Shown here: positions 29,418 through 42,450 of the stretch, piece by piece
Position numbering within the stretch: position 1 is the stretch's first letter
Layout of the letters: every line of letters starts with the position of its first letter
Assembly (NCBI RefSeq): GCF_009914755.1
Contig: NC_060934.1
From: the human T2T-CHM13v2.0 reference genome, Homo sapiens
Length of the DNA: 64,000 nt
Strand: one strand, 5' to 3'
Notes under the pieces: generated by a model
The model's database searches: none
Told to the model about the DNA's origin: nothing
Seen by the model: only the letters and a program-made list of their open reading frames with translations
Position numbers and translations under genes: made by a program

Positions 29418-30369
29418 TCAGTGAATTCCATGAGCATGAGCCCACTGCTGCACTTCTTTAGTCGTAAAGTGAGTGCCTTGGTCAAAGGCAATGCTGCATA
29501 GAATACCATAACGGTGGATAGGGCATTCCGTGAGTCCATGGATGGTAGTCTTGGCAGAAGCATTGCATGTAGGATAGGCAAGCCCATATCTGGAGTAAGC
29601 ATCTATTCCTGTGAGGACAAACCTCTTTGTCCATGATGGAAGAGGTCCAATATAATCAACCTGCACCAGGTAGCTGGCTGATCACCCCGAGGAATGGTGC
29701 CATATGGCCATAGCCAGGTCAGCCTTGGTGAGTGGAAGTCCATGTTGCTGAGCCCAAGAATAACCTCCATCCCTGCCACCATGGCCACTTTCTTCATGGG
29801 GCCATTGGGCAATGACAGGGGTGGCTGGAGAAAGAGGCTAAGTGATGTCCACAGAAGCAGTCATCCTATCCACTTGATTATCAAAATCCTCCTCCGCTGG
29901 TCACCTGTTGGTGAGCACTCACATGGGATACAAATATCTTCACAGTTTTTGACCAAAAAGGTCTTCCCCAGATTTCTTTGTCACCAATTTTCCAATAATG
30001 CTTCTTCTAAGTCCCTGACCATCCAGCCAAACCACTGGCTAAAGCCCATGAATCAGTATATAATTGCACATCTGGCCATTTCTCCCTCCGTGCCAAGTGC
30101 ACAACCAGCTGCACTGCTAGAAGTTCTGCCCACTGGGAAGATTTCCCTTCACTGTTGTCCTTCAGTGATGTCCTGGAAAGGGGCTGTAGTGCTGCAGCTG
30201 TCCACTTTTGGGTGGTGCCTGCATATCGTGCAGAACCATCTGTGAACCAGGCCCTAGTCTTTTCTTCCTCTGTCAACTGATCATAGGAGACTTCCCACGA
30301 GGCCCTCAGTACAGGCTGGAGAAGAGAAGGCAGGGTGGAAGGAGTGAAGACCACGGGCATTTGAGCCAC
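29418..30369 (-). pseudogene. HERV-L RNase H and integrase core remnants (frameshifted)
   Basis: RNase H: AWFTDGSARY...SSQWAEL...LYTDSWA. Integrase: QVDYIGPLP...TGIDAYS...DQGTHFT. Confidence 0.88.
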
Positions 30370-32592
30370 TTCCTCATGTAACTTACTTGTGCCTTCAGGA
30401 CCTGCTCAAGCCCAGTCACATATATACCACTTCCACTTGATGATGGAATGCTGCTGAGCATGGCCCACTTTAGGCTAGATGGGTCAGAAAGCAACCAGTT
30501 CATGATAGGCAGTTCAGGTCACATGGTGACTTGATGACCCATAGTCAAATGTTCAGTTTCCACCAAAGCCCAGTAATAAGCCAAGAGCTATCTCTCAAAA
30601 GGAGAGTAGTTATCTACAGAAGATAATGGGGCCTTGCTCCAAAATCCCAGAGGCCTCTGCCTCTAGGATTTTGAACACAAAATATGTGCAAGAATAAAAA
30701 TTTGCATATCAAGTGAGAGTACCATGTGTGACTCATTTTTATGCCTTTCACATGCTGAGAATGGTACCTTCTTTGTGGTAGGTGCTCAATCAGTGTCTAT
30801 TGGAAATAAGAACTTACACTGCTAAGTCATTTCAATGGCAGATCAAGAAAGGTACATGCTGCATTCTATCTAGCTGATGAATTTTCAGGTAGATTTGTGT
30901 CTTTCTTCACAGAATCTGTGTAATTCTAATTGAAATTTTTTTAACCCAAAGCTTGAGGCAAAGCATGAATAAAGCATGTGGGCCTTAGAATTAAAGCTGC
31001 AGCCTGTTACTTACTGGATGTGGGGCCACTGGCAAGTTTTGCACCTCCTGAGCCTCAACATCCCCACCTGTAAAGCAAAGAGTCTCTGTATGCGGGTGTT
31101 CTTTCAATCAACTTTTATTCAATCCTATTCTATGTCAGATTTTAGCTCACACAATCCTCACATCACTCCTATCAGTTTGGCATATATTTACTCCTAGGTA
31201 GCACAGTCAATGAATGACACATCTACTCTTTAGCTAACAAAGCATATGAAGTCATCTGCACAACATTCATCATCTAACTGCTATATCACAAATCCTATTC
31301 TCTAACAAGCCATCCCTGAACCCTCTAGGAGAGGTAACAGCCCTTCTCTCATGCTCTCCTGCTGTGTCCTCTGTTTCTCTCTCATATAGCATCTATCTCA
31401 TTGCTACAGATGTTCATTATCTGTTTTTTTCCACTGAGAATGAGTGACTTGCAGACAAGATATGACTTATCCTTGAATTTTCAGTACTAATATTGTAAGT
31501 TCTTAATCAAGTCATATTACGTGAATTAAATAGGTAAATGCAAACCTAGGTAAATGCAAATAATTAGGTAAACACGTATGAATGAATGCATACTTTTTGT
31601 TTCCTAGATTTGATTTTCTTTAAAGCAGGGTATCATCAGCATGAAGCCACAGCAGATGTGGCAGACATGGCCAGTTGTCAACCTAATATCTATTTTTCCT
31701 TTCTTCCCTACTAAGAGGACTCTGCTTTCTTTACAGGCAGAATAAATAAAAGGTTCCTATCCTACAGGAAAACACTGGTTATTCTCCGGCCATAGTAATC
31801 CCTAGACCTGGTTTCAAACCCATGCTAATCCATTAGTGACAGTTCACTCCGGTGAACAACACACTGCTGAAAGTCAGACAACAGGCATGGTCTCAAGTGA
31901 TCAGCCATCCAAGATAAAGGTTATCCATTCTCTGAACACTCCTGCTTCTCAAATTCTGTCAATCCCCAAATCCTCACTTCCCAAAACCTTTTATGTAATC
32001 ACCTCATTCCTGTGTTCAGAGAAACTGTGTGTAATAGATACCCAAATGAAAACTACATTTCCCAATATCTTTTGCTGCAAAGACAGCATGTGACACAGGG
32101 TTGACCGATGAAATAAGGGAGGTCTACTCGGGATTTCTGTGAAAATTTCACTTTCCTAATCTTATCATGCTCCCACGTCCTTGTTGCTTTCTTTCTCTTG
32201 GAAGTCTCCCCTGAGGCTAGAGAAACAATGACCCTGTAAATTGAAATTTTCAGATATACGCCAGGAGGAATAGTATGGGAAGGTAGGAAACAACCCTGTA
32301 TTACCTACTCCTAGCCCCTTTTCACTGGCTGGGCATCTTCAAAGGAACCCTTGCAACCTATTACAGTCCTGAAAACCACCTCTCACCAGTCCTGCTTTGG
32401 CATCTGTTCTGGGGGAGCAGTGTGCCTATTCTGAGCAAGAATCAAGTCAGGGATGGACTAACCAACTCATCTCCATGGTGAGCTCAGAGCCCAGAGCGTG
32501 TGCAGGCCATGCTTTTGAGAATCTAGGAGTGAGTGACAGTTCTCCCTGAACATCACTTGGCAAGAGACAGACATCATCTGTGCATGACAGAA

Positions 32593-32995
32593 CGTATCAG
32601 GCCATTCTTGCATTGCTATAAAGAAATATCCGAGGCTGGGTTAATAAAGAAAAGAGGTTTGATTCACTCACTGTTCTGCAGGCTGCACTGGAAACATGGC
32701 GCTAGCGTTTGCTTGGCTTCTGGGGGGCTTCAGGAAGCTTCTGATTATGGCAGAAGATGAAGGCAGAGCAGGTGTCTCACATGGCAAGAGCAGGAGCAAG
32801 AGAGAGAGAGTTGGGGGGAGGTGCCATACACTTTTAAACAACCAGATCTTACGTGAACTCACTATCACAAGGATAGCACCAAGCCATGAGAGATCCGCCC
32901 ACATGCCCCAATCACCTCCTACTAGGCCCTGCCTCCAACATTAGGGATTACATTTCAAAATGAAATTTGAGGGGACAAATATCCAAACCACAGCA
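32593..32995 (-). mobile_element. MSTA/MSTB MaLR solo LTR
   Basis: 'gccattcttgcattgctataaagaaata...aaagaaaagaggttt...ggggacaaatatccaaacca'. 5-bp TSD cagaa/cagag. Confidence 0.85.
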
Positions 32996-33250
32996 CAGAG
33001 CCAGAGGTGGGTATTGGTGGGACTAAGTTTCCTAGGTGGTCTTTGTAAGCAAACCAACTTTTCTCCTCTTTTTGATAATGTGTCACCTCTTTCTGGAAAG
33101 CCCACACTTTTAATCATATGAATTATTAGGCTTCAACCACTCAATTGTGGGAGTATGAAGAAAAAAAGTACAAACAAGATGCGAGCTGGAACCTCAGCTT
33201 TCAAGATCTTAGCAAAATGATTTGTGACACAGCATGCTTTCCTCAACACA

Positions 33251-33251
<1 letters not shown>

Positions 33252-33291
<40 letters not shown>
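33252..33291 (+). repeat. (CA)n microsatellite
   Basis: Seen directly. Confidence 0.95.
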
Positions 33292-33294
<3 letters not shown>

Positions 33295-34362
33295 GTAACT
33301 CCATGGCTTGTAGGAGTCCACAGCCCTCCTCAGTATTTCTGAGAATAACTAGGAAACTGTTGTTCTTGTGGCCTATCCTGCCTTTTGGGCTCCAGATTCC
33401 TCATTCACAGTTTCTATTATTCTCCACACTGACCTAGATTTCAAATCCAGGCCCTTCATTGATTTCTCATCAACCTCCCACCCACACTCCCAACTCACAT
33501 GAAACATGTGTGACTTCATAGAGTGGGTGTCACTTCACACACCAAAGAGCCAACAACGTGGCCAATTTCTCCTCTCCAAATAACTTTTTTGTAATCTCAT
33601 CATTCAGGACCCAGCCCCAAATCCACTCTCCAGCTCATCTCCCCCATTTCTTCTCTCCATGTCCCTGCAGAGGCACTTGTGCCTTTTCTCTGAAGTCTTT
33701 GGGTCCCACCCCCTGCATCAAACACTTGATTTCCCACATACATATTTCTCTCCCTAAATGGAATCCTAGTGCCTACTGTTAGAGTAATATCATGTTCCCA
33801 AGTTTTTACGCCAGCACTGCTGAGAGAAGGTCAGCAGCTGTCTCACAATCCCTGCAATAATTCCAAACTGGATTTTCCACACTTCTTTCTCCCTGATTGA
33901 AGGAAGGACTCGCCACAGTGGAGGCACAGCACGTCCCCAGTTGTGCTATTGCCTGGTCACACAGCAGCAGGGACCTGGTCTTATCTGTCTCATTAGGTCC
34001 AGATGAACCACAATTTCAGAGTCACATAAATCAATGGCAGCAACTCTCATCTATTCAAAGAGCCACCAGCACCATTTGTAGTAAATGGCCACACACTGCT
34101 GTAATTGGCTGCTTTTTTCAAACACTGAGAGACAGTAGGGAAGTGTGAAAACAGGCCATGAACAGTGGGAGTAGCATAAACAGAGATTTCCTGGAGCAGA
34201 CACAAATAGGTGGAAAGTGATATTCAAACCATGGAAATCCCATGATTAGGTCACTCAAATAGCTAAACCTGACACAAATTTTGGAGTCAGACAGATCTGG
34301 GTTCAATTTCCAATTATTCACTTATTAGCTAAACATCCTTAAATAAATGGCTTAATTGTCCC

Positions 34363-34674
34363 TTCTTTTCTTTTTTTTTTTTTTTTTTATTATACTCTAA
34401 GTTTTAGGGTACATGTGCACATTGTGCAGGTTAGTTACATATGTATACATGTGCCATGCTGGTGCGCTGCACCCACTAATGTGTCATCTAGCATTAGGTA
34501 TATCTCCCAATGCTATCCCTCCCCCCTCCCCCGACCCCACCACAGTCCCCAGAGTGTGATATTCCCCTTCCTGTGTCCATGTGATCTCATTGTTCAATTC
34601 CCACCTATGAGTGAGAATATGCGGTGTTTGGTTTTTTGTTCTTGCGATAGTTTACTGAGAATGATGATTTCCAA
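34363..34674 (-). mobile_element. L1HS-Ta 3' end (about 300 bp, 5'-truncated)
   Basis: Reverse complement has GATGAC-ACA-TTAGTGGG (Ta ACA at 34480-34482) and CTTA-G-AGTATAAT (diagnostic G at 34397), plus a poly(A) tail. Confidence 0.92.
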
Positions 34675-34949
34675 CACTTAACATACTATGGCTTTCCCAA
34701 TATATTCAAATCTAGTGACTATAATGAACTATTTCTACTTGTTAACATTTTTCTTCCATCATGTCAATATTAATAAGATTTTCTCTTTACTAGGGTCCTA
34801 CAAGCAATGATGGAAGTAAGACATTATATAACAAGGAAAAAGTTATCTAATCTATGGCCCAAGTGGAAATTCCTAGATGTGTGTGAGTTGGGGAGAAGGA
34901 ATTATTTCATGTAGGTTGTACCACAAGATTAGTTCTCCCTGCTAATATT

Positions 34950-35109
34950 ACATAGAGATGAAGGCTGAGTAACACACAGACATTGGTTTAATCATTTAAA
35001 CGTAATTATACCATTTTATTTTTCACCAACATAAAAGTGAAGGCTGAGTAACTCACAGACATTGGTTTAATCATTTAAACATAATCATACCAATTTATTT
35101 TTCATCAAC
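34950..35109 (+). repeat. Two-copy 79-bp tandem duplication
   Basis: tgaaggctgagtaac(a/t)cacagacattggtttaatcatttaaac... at 34959 and 35038. Confidence 0.95.
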
Positions 35110-35594
35110 CCAAGTTAATATAATCCTAAAGTGACACAGCATATGTCACTACAGGGAAAAGCCACAATAATTTCATTTATGTTTTTTAAATATTTAATTG
35201 TATGTCTTCCTTGCTCTGGGGGCTTCAGCTTTCTTTCTTTTTTTTTTTCCTTTTTTTTTTTTGTTTTTTTAACTTCCTAGCTTATGAGGCAAAAATATGT
35301 ATAAAAATATTTGAGGGCATGCAGGGACTATGATTTTTTATTTAAATATCTTTATTGACAAAATTTAACTTTTTAGATTTATACAAGTAATTTATAGTCA
35401 CTGTAAAAATGTAGAAAATAGAATGTAAAATAGGGAAAAAGAAAAGAAAATATCTACACTCTCACCACCCAAAAATAATCCCTGCTTATACTCTCTTCTG
35501 CATAATTCCAGATTTCTTTTCAAAACAAAATGATATAATACTATTTTTTGCTTATTAGTTTTGTTTTTAAGGTATTATACAGCCATTTTACTTT

Positions 35595-36998
35595 AAGTTT
35601 TTTATTGTGACATCATTGTAGATTTTCATGCAGTTGTACAAAGTAATACAGAGTGACACAGTACCATTTGTCCTTTATTCATGTGCCTCCAATAGCAACA
35701 TCTGGCAAAACTATAGTCCAGTACCACGACCAGGATATTTCCATTGATACAATGAAGATACACAACATTTCCATCACCACAAGGATTCCTTTCGTAGCAA
35801 CATCAACTTTCCTCCTGCTTCCTTTCCACTCCCCTTTACCTCTGGAAACCCTTAATCTATTCTCCATTTCTATAATAATATTCTATAAGAGGAACCTTGC
35901 AGCTTTGAGATTAGCACTTTTCACTCAGCATAATTTGGCAATAATTCATCCAAGTTGTTGCATGTATTGACATTTTATTTAATGTTTATTTCTTTTCATT
36001 GCAGAGTAATAATCCCCTGTATGGATGTACCACAGTCTATTTATCCAGTCACCTATTGAAGGATAGCTCAGTAATTTCCAGTTTGGGGGCTATAATGAAT
36101 AAAACCATTATGAGCATTTAGGTACAGGTTTTTGTGTGAACATAAGTTTTCATTTCTCCAATATAAATGCCCAGAAGTACAAATCCACAGTCATATGGTA
36201 AGTGCAAATCTAGTTGTGTAAGAAACTGTTTTCCAGAGTGGTTGTACCATTTTTAAGTTCCTACCAGCAACGTGTGAATGATCCAATTTCTTTGTATCCT
36301 CTCCATTACTTGCTGTCACTATTTTTTAAACCATTCTGATAGGTGTGCTGTAGTATCTCATTTACAGTTTGAATGTGTGTTTTCTCAGTGACTAATTATG
36401 TTGAACATCTTTTAACATCCCTATATCCACCTTGGTGAAATATCTTTATCTGATAATGTAACCACTCCTGCTCTCTTTTGATTACTGTTTGCATAATATC
36501 TCTTACTTATCATTTACATTCATCCTAGCTATAATATTACCTTTAAAGTGAATTTCTTATAGGCAACATATAGTTGGGTTACATTTTTAATCCACTCTGC
36601 CAATTTCTGTTTCTTAATTGGTACATTTAAGCAATTTACATTTAATGTAATAATTGACATGTTAAGGTTTAAGTTAGTCATTTTATATTTGTTAGTGTTC
36701 TGTTTATTCTGTTTTTCTTTTCTGGTTTTTTTTTTTCTGCCGTCTTGTAGGGTACTTGAACATTTTTTAGAACTCCATTTTGACTTACCTATATTTTTTA
36801 GTGTACCTCTTTGTATAGCTTTTTTAGTGTGTGCTTCACTAAAAAAGCACATATCATATTTCAGATATTACATCATATATTCAGATATAACATCATATAT
36901 ATGTGAATGGTAATATTGCATGCAGGAGGTCAAGTGATGTTTACAGGCTCCGAACACATATATGTGATGTGATATCTGAATATGTATGTTATATATAT

Positions 36999-37051
<53 letters not shown>

Positions 37052-39123
37052 GACAGTCTACTGATGTTGACACCTTAACACTTCTTATAAAGTATTAAAC
37101 TGCACCTCCTTGTATAATCATTTTCCCTTCTTCCATTTATAATAGAATTATCTTAAATATTACCTCTATATACATTTTAATGACATCAGATAGTATTGTA
37201 AGTTTTGCTTCAACCATCAAACATAATTCAGAAAACTCAAAAGGAGAAAGAAAATATATTATCTGTATTTTTATTCTTTTCTTTCTGGTTAGATAACTTT
37301 CTTAGCCATCTTTCATTGTAGGTTTTCTAGTGATAAATTATTTTCCTTGTCCTTCGGCTCATGTGTCTTGATTTCCCCTTTCTCCTGAAAAATATTTTCA
37401 CCGGGCAGTTTTCTTTCAGCACTTACAAAATTTTGTGCTACTCCCTTTCTGGTAAAATACCTACTGTAATTCAAGTTTTTCCCCACTATATGTAAAGTGT
37501 TCCTTCTCTTTCATTGCTTTAAATCTTTTTATCTTTAGTTTTCAGAAAATTTACAATAATGTGTCTTGGTGCAATTTATTTGGATTTATTGTGTTTGGCG
37601 TTTGCTTAGCTTCTTGAATCTGAATGTTTGTGTCTCTTGCCAAATTTAGGAAGTTTCCAGCCATTATTTTTTCAAGTACTTTTTTAAACCTGCTGTTTTC
37701 TACTCACCTTCTAGGACTCCAGTCACATGTTAGATCTTTTGTTGTGATCCTACAGGGCCCAAGACTCTGCGCATTTATGCTCCAGTCTATTTTATCTCTT
37801 CAATGTCGTTCGCATTTAATCATTTCTATTGTTTTGTCTTCCATTTCACTGATTCTTTCCTCTATCTTCTCCATTCCGCTGTTTAGTTTTTTTTTATTAT
37901 CTTCTATTGCTTTTCCTAGACTTTCTATTGCTTTGCTGAGACTTTCTACATTTTTATTTGTGTCAAGCATGTTCATAATTGCTCAATAAAACATTTTTAT
38001 TATGGAAGCTTTAAAATCTTTACCACATTATTCTAACATTTCTGTTATCTCGGAGTCATACTGATTTTTTTTCATTCAAGTTGATATCTTTTTGGTTCTT
38101 CATATTACAAGTGATTTTCCATTGAAACCTGCACAATTTGGATACCAAATTATGAGACCCTAGATCTAATTTCAACCTTCACTTTTAATTAGGTTTCTCT
38201 GGCACTACTTGATTGGTGCTGCCTCATGACAGCCAGTTGGGTATAGAAATCCAAGATGCTCATTTGGCTTCTGTTTATACCCAAGGGGGTTCCTCATTAC
38301 CTGGATGGTGGTGGGAGTTTTGGCTCACACTAAGTTTCTGCCGATACCACTCTGGCTGGAATGGGTAGGAGTGCTGTGTTACTGCTCCCAGGCAGCCTCC
38401 CACAACACTACTGTTGGAGGGGGTGGGACGGGACAGGTCATTAGCCTCACTACTGCAGGACACTGGTGAAAGTCCTGCCTCTCCAGTAGGTCTCCTTTGA
38501 TACCAACCCCGTGGGGAGAGGGAAGTTACCTTCTTACTGTCAGGTAAGGGTGTAAGTCCAGACTTCTCACGTGGTTTCCACATGGGGCAAGGGGTTCATT
38601 TTCTTACAGCTGGATGAAAATCCAGGATCTCTACTCAGCCTTCTCTGACACCACCATAGTGTGGAATTGAAATGCCTCTTTACAGCCTGCTGAGAGTAAG
38701 CTTCTCATTTGGTCTTTGCTAATATGGATGTGGACAAGGCCACACTTCGCTACAGTGCTTGGTTGAAGTACCGTAGTCATTGTCTAAAAGTTTTCTGTCT
38801 TGCTAAGCTGTCCCTTTCATGGTCCTTTAATTGGACAGAACAGACTTTTATTAGGGAATTTTTTTGTCCATACCCACTGGGGTCTCTGGGTTGCTAACTT
38901 CTTCAGCTCTAAGTCTGGGATATATGAGGCAAAAAGATAATTCAGGAAACTTACACTGTCCTGTTCTTTGGGTCCCAAGATCCCTAGCCAGTCAGCTTTT
39001 TTCTTTCCACCCTTAAGAATCTTCTTATGTTTGTTGTACATATAACATTCAGGGTTTTATTTGTACTTAATAGGAAGAATAAGGGAAAGTACATCTATTC
39101 CAACTTTGTCGAAATGGAAGTTT
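35595..39123 (-). mobile_element. L1MD-like element: 3' end, large internal ORF2 deletion, ORF1 and 5' end retained
   Basis: L1MD-type 3' UTR at 35595. ORF 36529..36852 includes the ORF2 start (SIITLNVN.LN.PIK.QKLAEWIK). L1MD-type 5' end near 39090-39123. Confidence 0.75.
36990..37048 (+). repeat. (TA)n microsatellite
   Basis: Seen directly. Confidence 0.95.
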
Positions 39124-41989
39124 CTGTAATACTCTTTTGTAATGTATTTTTTTCAGTTAACAATAGAGGTTACATATCTATCCATGCCAATAAATATAGA
39201 TCAACATCATCATTTGCCATGCTTGTCCAGCCATTAGTTTTTCCCCCAGGCCCCTGCCTTTGGGCACATAAACCATTTTGATTTTTGCCAACACTTTTGA
39301 TTTCCATTAGTTTTAATCTAATGTATTTCCCATAGCAAGGAAAACAGTTTTAATAAACGGTTTACTTCCACCTCTTGTGAAGATGGCCTTCGCTGTTCAG
39401 TTTGGAGCAGCTCTCAATGACATATAAAAAGCATTGAGTTACCAAAAAAAAAAAAAAAGGAGAAGAAGAAGGAGGAAAAAGTCAAAGATGTTGCTAAGGA
39501 TTATAGAGGGATCAATATTTTTCCTCAACAATACTCCCTCCTCTCTTTCCACTTTCTATGTTTGCCAAAATTTCACACACAGTCTTCACTGCTAGGGTCT
39601 GTCCTTGGGCATTCTGTTCACATAGACGACCGAGGCAAAGGTTGTGCAATAATTAATAAGGCTTTATCATTTACATATTCTTTTTTTCTAGATGACAGCA
39701 CAGGCAGTTCAACAGTATTTCTTTTGTGTTTTACTTTATTTTATTGTTTGGAAAAATAAAAATAAAAACTTACATACAAAGAGCTTATTTTCCCTCCCAA
39801 GATTCTGAGGAGAGAAAGTCATACTATTAAAGATGTAGATATCTTATTTAGCTCATCATTTTTTCTCTTTTTTAAAGCACTCTTAACAATACATAAAAAT
39901 CCATAAAATCTAGTTTGATTAGACTCTTCCCACAGTGAATGGTCATATTGCATGCAGGAGGTCAAGTAATGTTTACATGCTCCGAACGCTCCCTATAATG
40001 TGACCCATTGAGAACCTCTCCTCCACTTATCTGTAACAACCTGTTGAGTCCCAGTAAATCCTCCAGCCCTCAGCTACAGCTACATGACTGGACTTTTACT
40101 ACAGATTCAGCCAGGCTCCTGAACCAATTCTGACTTCCACAGAGGGAATTTAAAAGGCTGAAGCTCTGCAGCTCAAATGGCAGGCAGCATGATGTTGGCA
40201 CCTGCCCTTCAGGCCTGATTTAACATAAACCTCAGATCCAGTGCTGAGAACTCTGCCTTCTTGTCTGGGTATTTACCACACAGCTCAGTTCCACGCATGT
40301 GTTCCTTTGTAAACTGGCAGTTTCTGCAGGTCTCTCAGCACTGAAGTTCCTCATTCTTGAAACTCTATGTGGGTACCAGCATTCTGTCTTTGGAAGCCCA
40401 AGCGGCGACAGGCCTGACAGCTCCCAGACTCTCAGTGCCCCTTCCCTCCTCCCATTTATAGGTCCCCATCCCTTCCGCCCTCCCAGTCTCACTCATGTCA
40501 CCTGAAATGCCATCCAAACCCTCTGGATACCAGGTTTTGCCTGACCACCTTGCTGGACCCCGTTCTCCTCTGGTTTCACTCACTAGTAATGGAGGTCAGG
40601 TAAAACTGGCTTTATATCTGAAACTCAAAAAGTTAAGAATCTCTGCCTTATTTGGATCTATGTGGGAATATAGCATTCTCACTATCCCCATCATTATATT
40701 CTACTAAATATTATCACGATTGGTTTCTTCTTTTTCCCCATTTTACTCCCCACTCCCACTCCCAACCCCAATGATGCTTTCTGTGGTAGCCTAAAAACCA
40801 GACTATTTGTACTTAAATCTATATGTCAGCATTTTCTGTGACAGCCCAACCTAAATCCTGGCTCAATGACTTCTAAGGTTTCCTATTGCCTGCCAAGTAC
40901 AACCCAACTTCTTAGCTCTTGTAGCTCATTATGAGGACCCCGAATCTCAAATTGCTAATGTTCCTTTCCTTCATGTACATCAGTCGACTTTATGTCAAAG
41001 TCAAATTGAACATTTTCTTGCTCTCATACTCGCATCATCCTATTTTTGCTCTTATATTTCAACTATTACCCTGGACTGGATTGCCCTATAGCAAAGTGGT
41101 TAGGCGCACTAGATCCATAGCTAGAATCCTGGGCATCATATCCTGTTTCTGCCATTTGCTAATTGTGTGTCCTTGGATAGGTTGCTTATGTTCTCTGTGC
41201 TTCTGTTTCCATATCTGTTCTAAAAGGATACTAAGAGTATAAGCTAGAATCTGCCTATAGCCAATGACAACTTTCAGAGTATTTTGACTGTTGCTTCACT
41301 TCCACCTCCTGAATCTCACAAAATTTGCCTTGGGGGTCAAACTTAACCCTGAAGTGCTCAAGGATGGAAATTCTGGAAAATGTGGTGACAACCTGACTAC
41401 TTTGAGATGGTCCCAAACCACCACACCTTCTCAATATCTGGTCAGAGACTCCTGATTTTCTTCTGAGGAAGCACCTACCACTCCCAGTCCATGTTCTTTT
41501 GTGGAGACGAATTCACGTTCTAAGGGTAGGCAAGTGATGTAGGCCTCTCAGCACATTTTCTTATTCACACTGACTGGGTCAGATGTGGGCCAGGCAAGAC
41601 CAATTAAGTTCATTCCTAGAATTTTTGATTGAATGTCCTTAATGAATAGTAGGGTTTAACTTACAGTTATAGCTTGGCATCTCATTAACTTTAAACAAGG
41701 TATCCCCTCTAATCTTAGAAGAGTTCCTGAACATAAAATAGAAAGGTGAGATGTCTCACCCTAATCATCAGAACAATACCCTTGCCTAATCTCCCCATGG
41801 TCTTAGCACCTGTTGTCCTCAAATATCACACAGTGTACATGAATGCTCTGACTCAACAAGTACTAAGTAAAGTTTAAATTAAGTCTTTGCTACTTACAAA
41901 GTGCCTTGACGAAATGAGATTCTATGGACCATCTCTACTGGTTAAAATAATTAGTATGGTCCAATCTAATTAAAGCAGAGCCCTCAAGG

Positions 41990-42450
41990 ACTGGAATCTA
42001 TTATGTAAGACCCATTTACAGAAGAAATTATTATCCCTACTGCTTCTCCCCTTAACTGCCTAATCAGGCCTATTATCAAGTCAGGAAAGAATAAATAGTG
42101 CCTCATAGTGGATTCCTGAAACCTTAATGCCCTAGTCCCACCCATTAAGGCCTCCATACTCAATATTACTGAAATTCCTAACTCTATCCAAACAGAAATC
42201 TTTTGTTATTATAAATTTAGCTAAACTGTCTTTCTGTGCCTATCTCAACAGCCTCCATGCCATAGAGTGCCCTCACCTCCTTCGCTGCATACATCTTTCC
42301 CTGACTATCCATGGAGTATCTTAACAGCCTTACCATCACACATAATCTTTGCAGACAAGATAATAACCACATTCATTTTTCTTGAGGAGCACAGATATGA
42401 TATTATATTTACGACATTCTCCTCTGAGGAGATTCATTTGAACACCCATA
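41990..42450 (+). pseudogene. Ancient ERVL-like (class III) reverse transcriptase fossil
   Basis: Manual translation from 42021 gives EEIIIPTASPLNCLIRPIIKSGKNK*CLIVDS*NLNALVPPIKA, then SMEYLNSLTITHNLCRQD and GAQI*YYIYDILL, which are the decayed SPxN..WPV.K, LPxGYxNSP and YIDD motifs. Confidence 0.75.

Larger units (their letters stand above)
28313..30658 (-). mobile_element. HERV-L internal region, 5'-truncated (pol 3' half and dUTPase)
   Basis: Contiguous with the MLT2A LTR. The minus-strand ORFs translate as ERV-L Pol. Confidence 0.92.

Noticed and set aside
33145-33342. ORF containing YEEKKY, reminiscent of GST-mu
   Set aside because: Only a 6-residue match. The flanks are unrelated and the ORF runs into a (CA)n repeat.
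34950-35109. Direct repeats as a CRISPR-like array
   Set aside because: Only two adjacent copies with no spacers and no cas genes, in human DNA.
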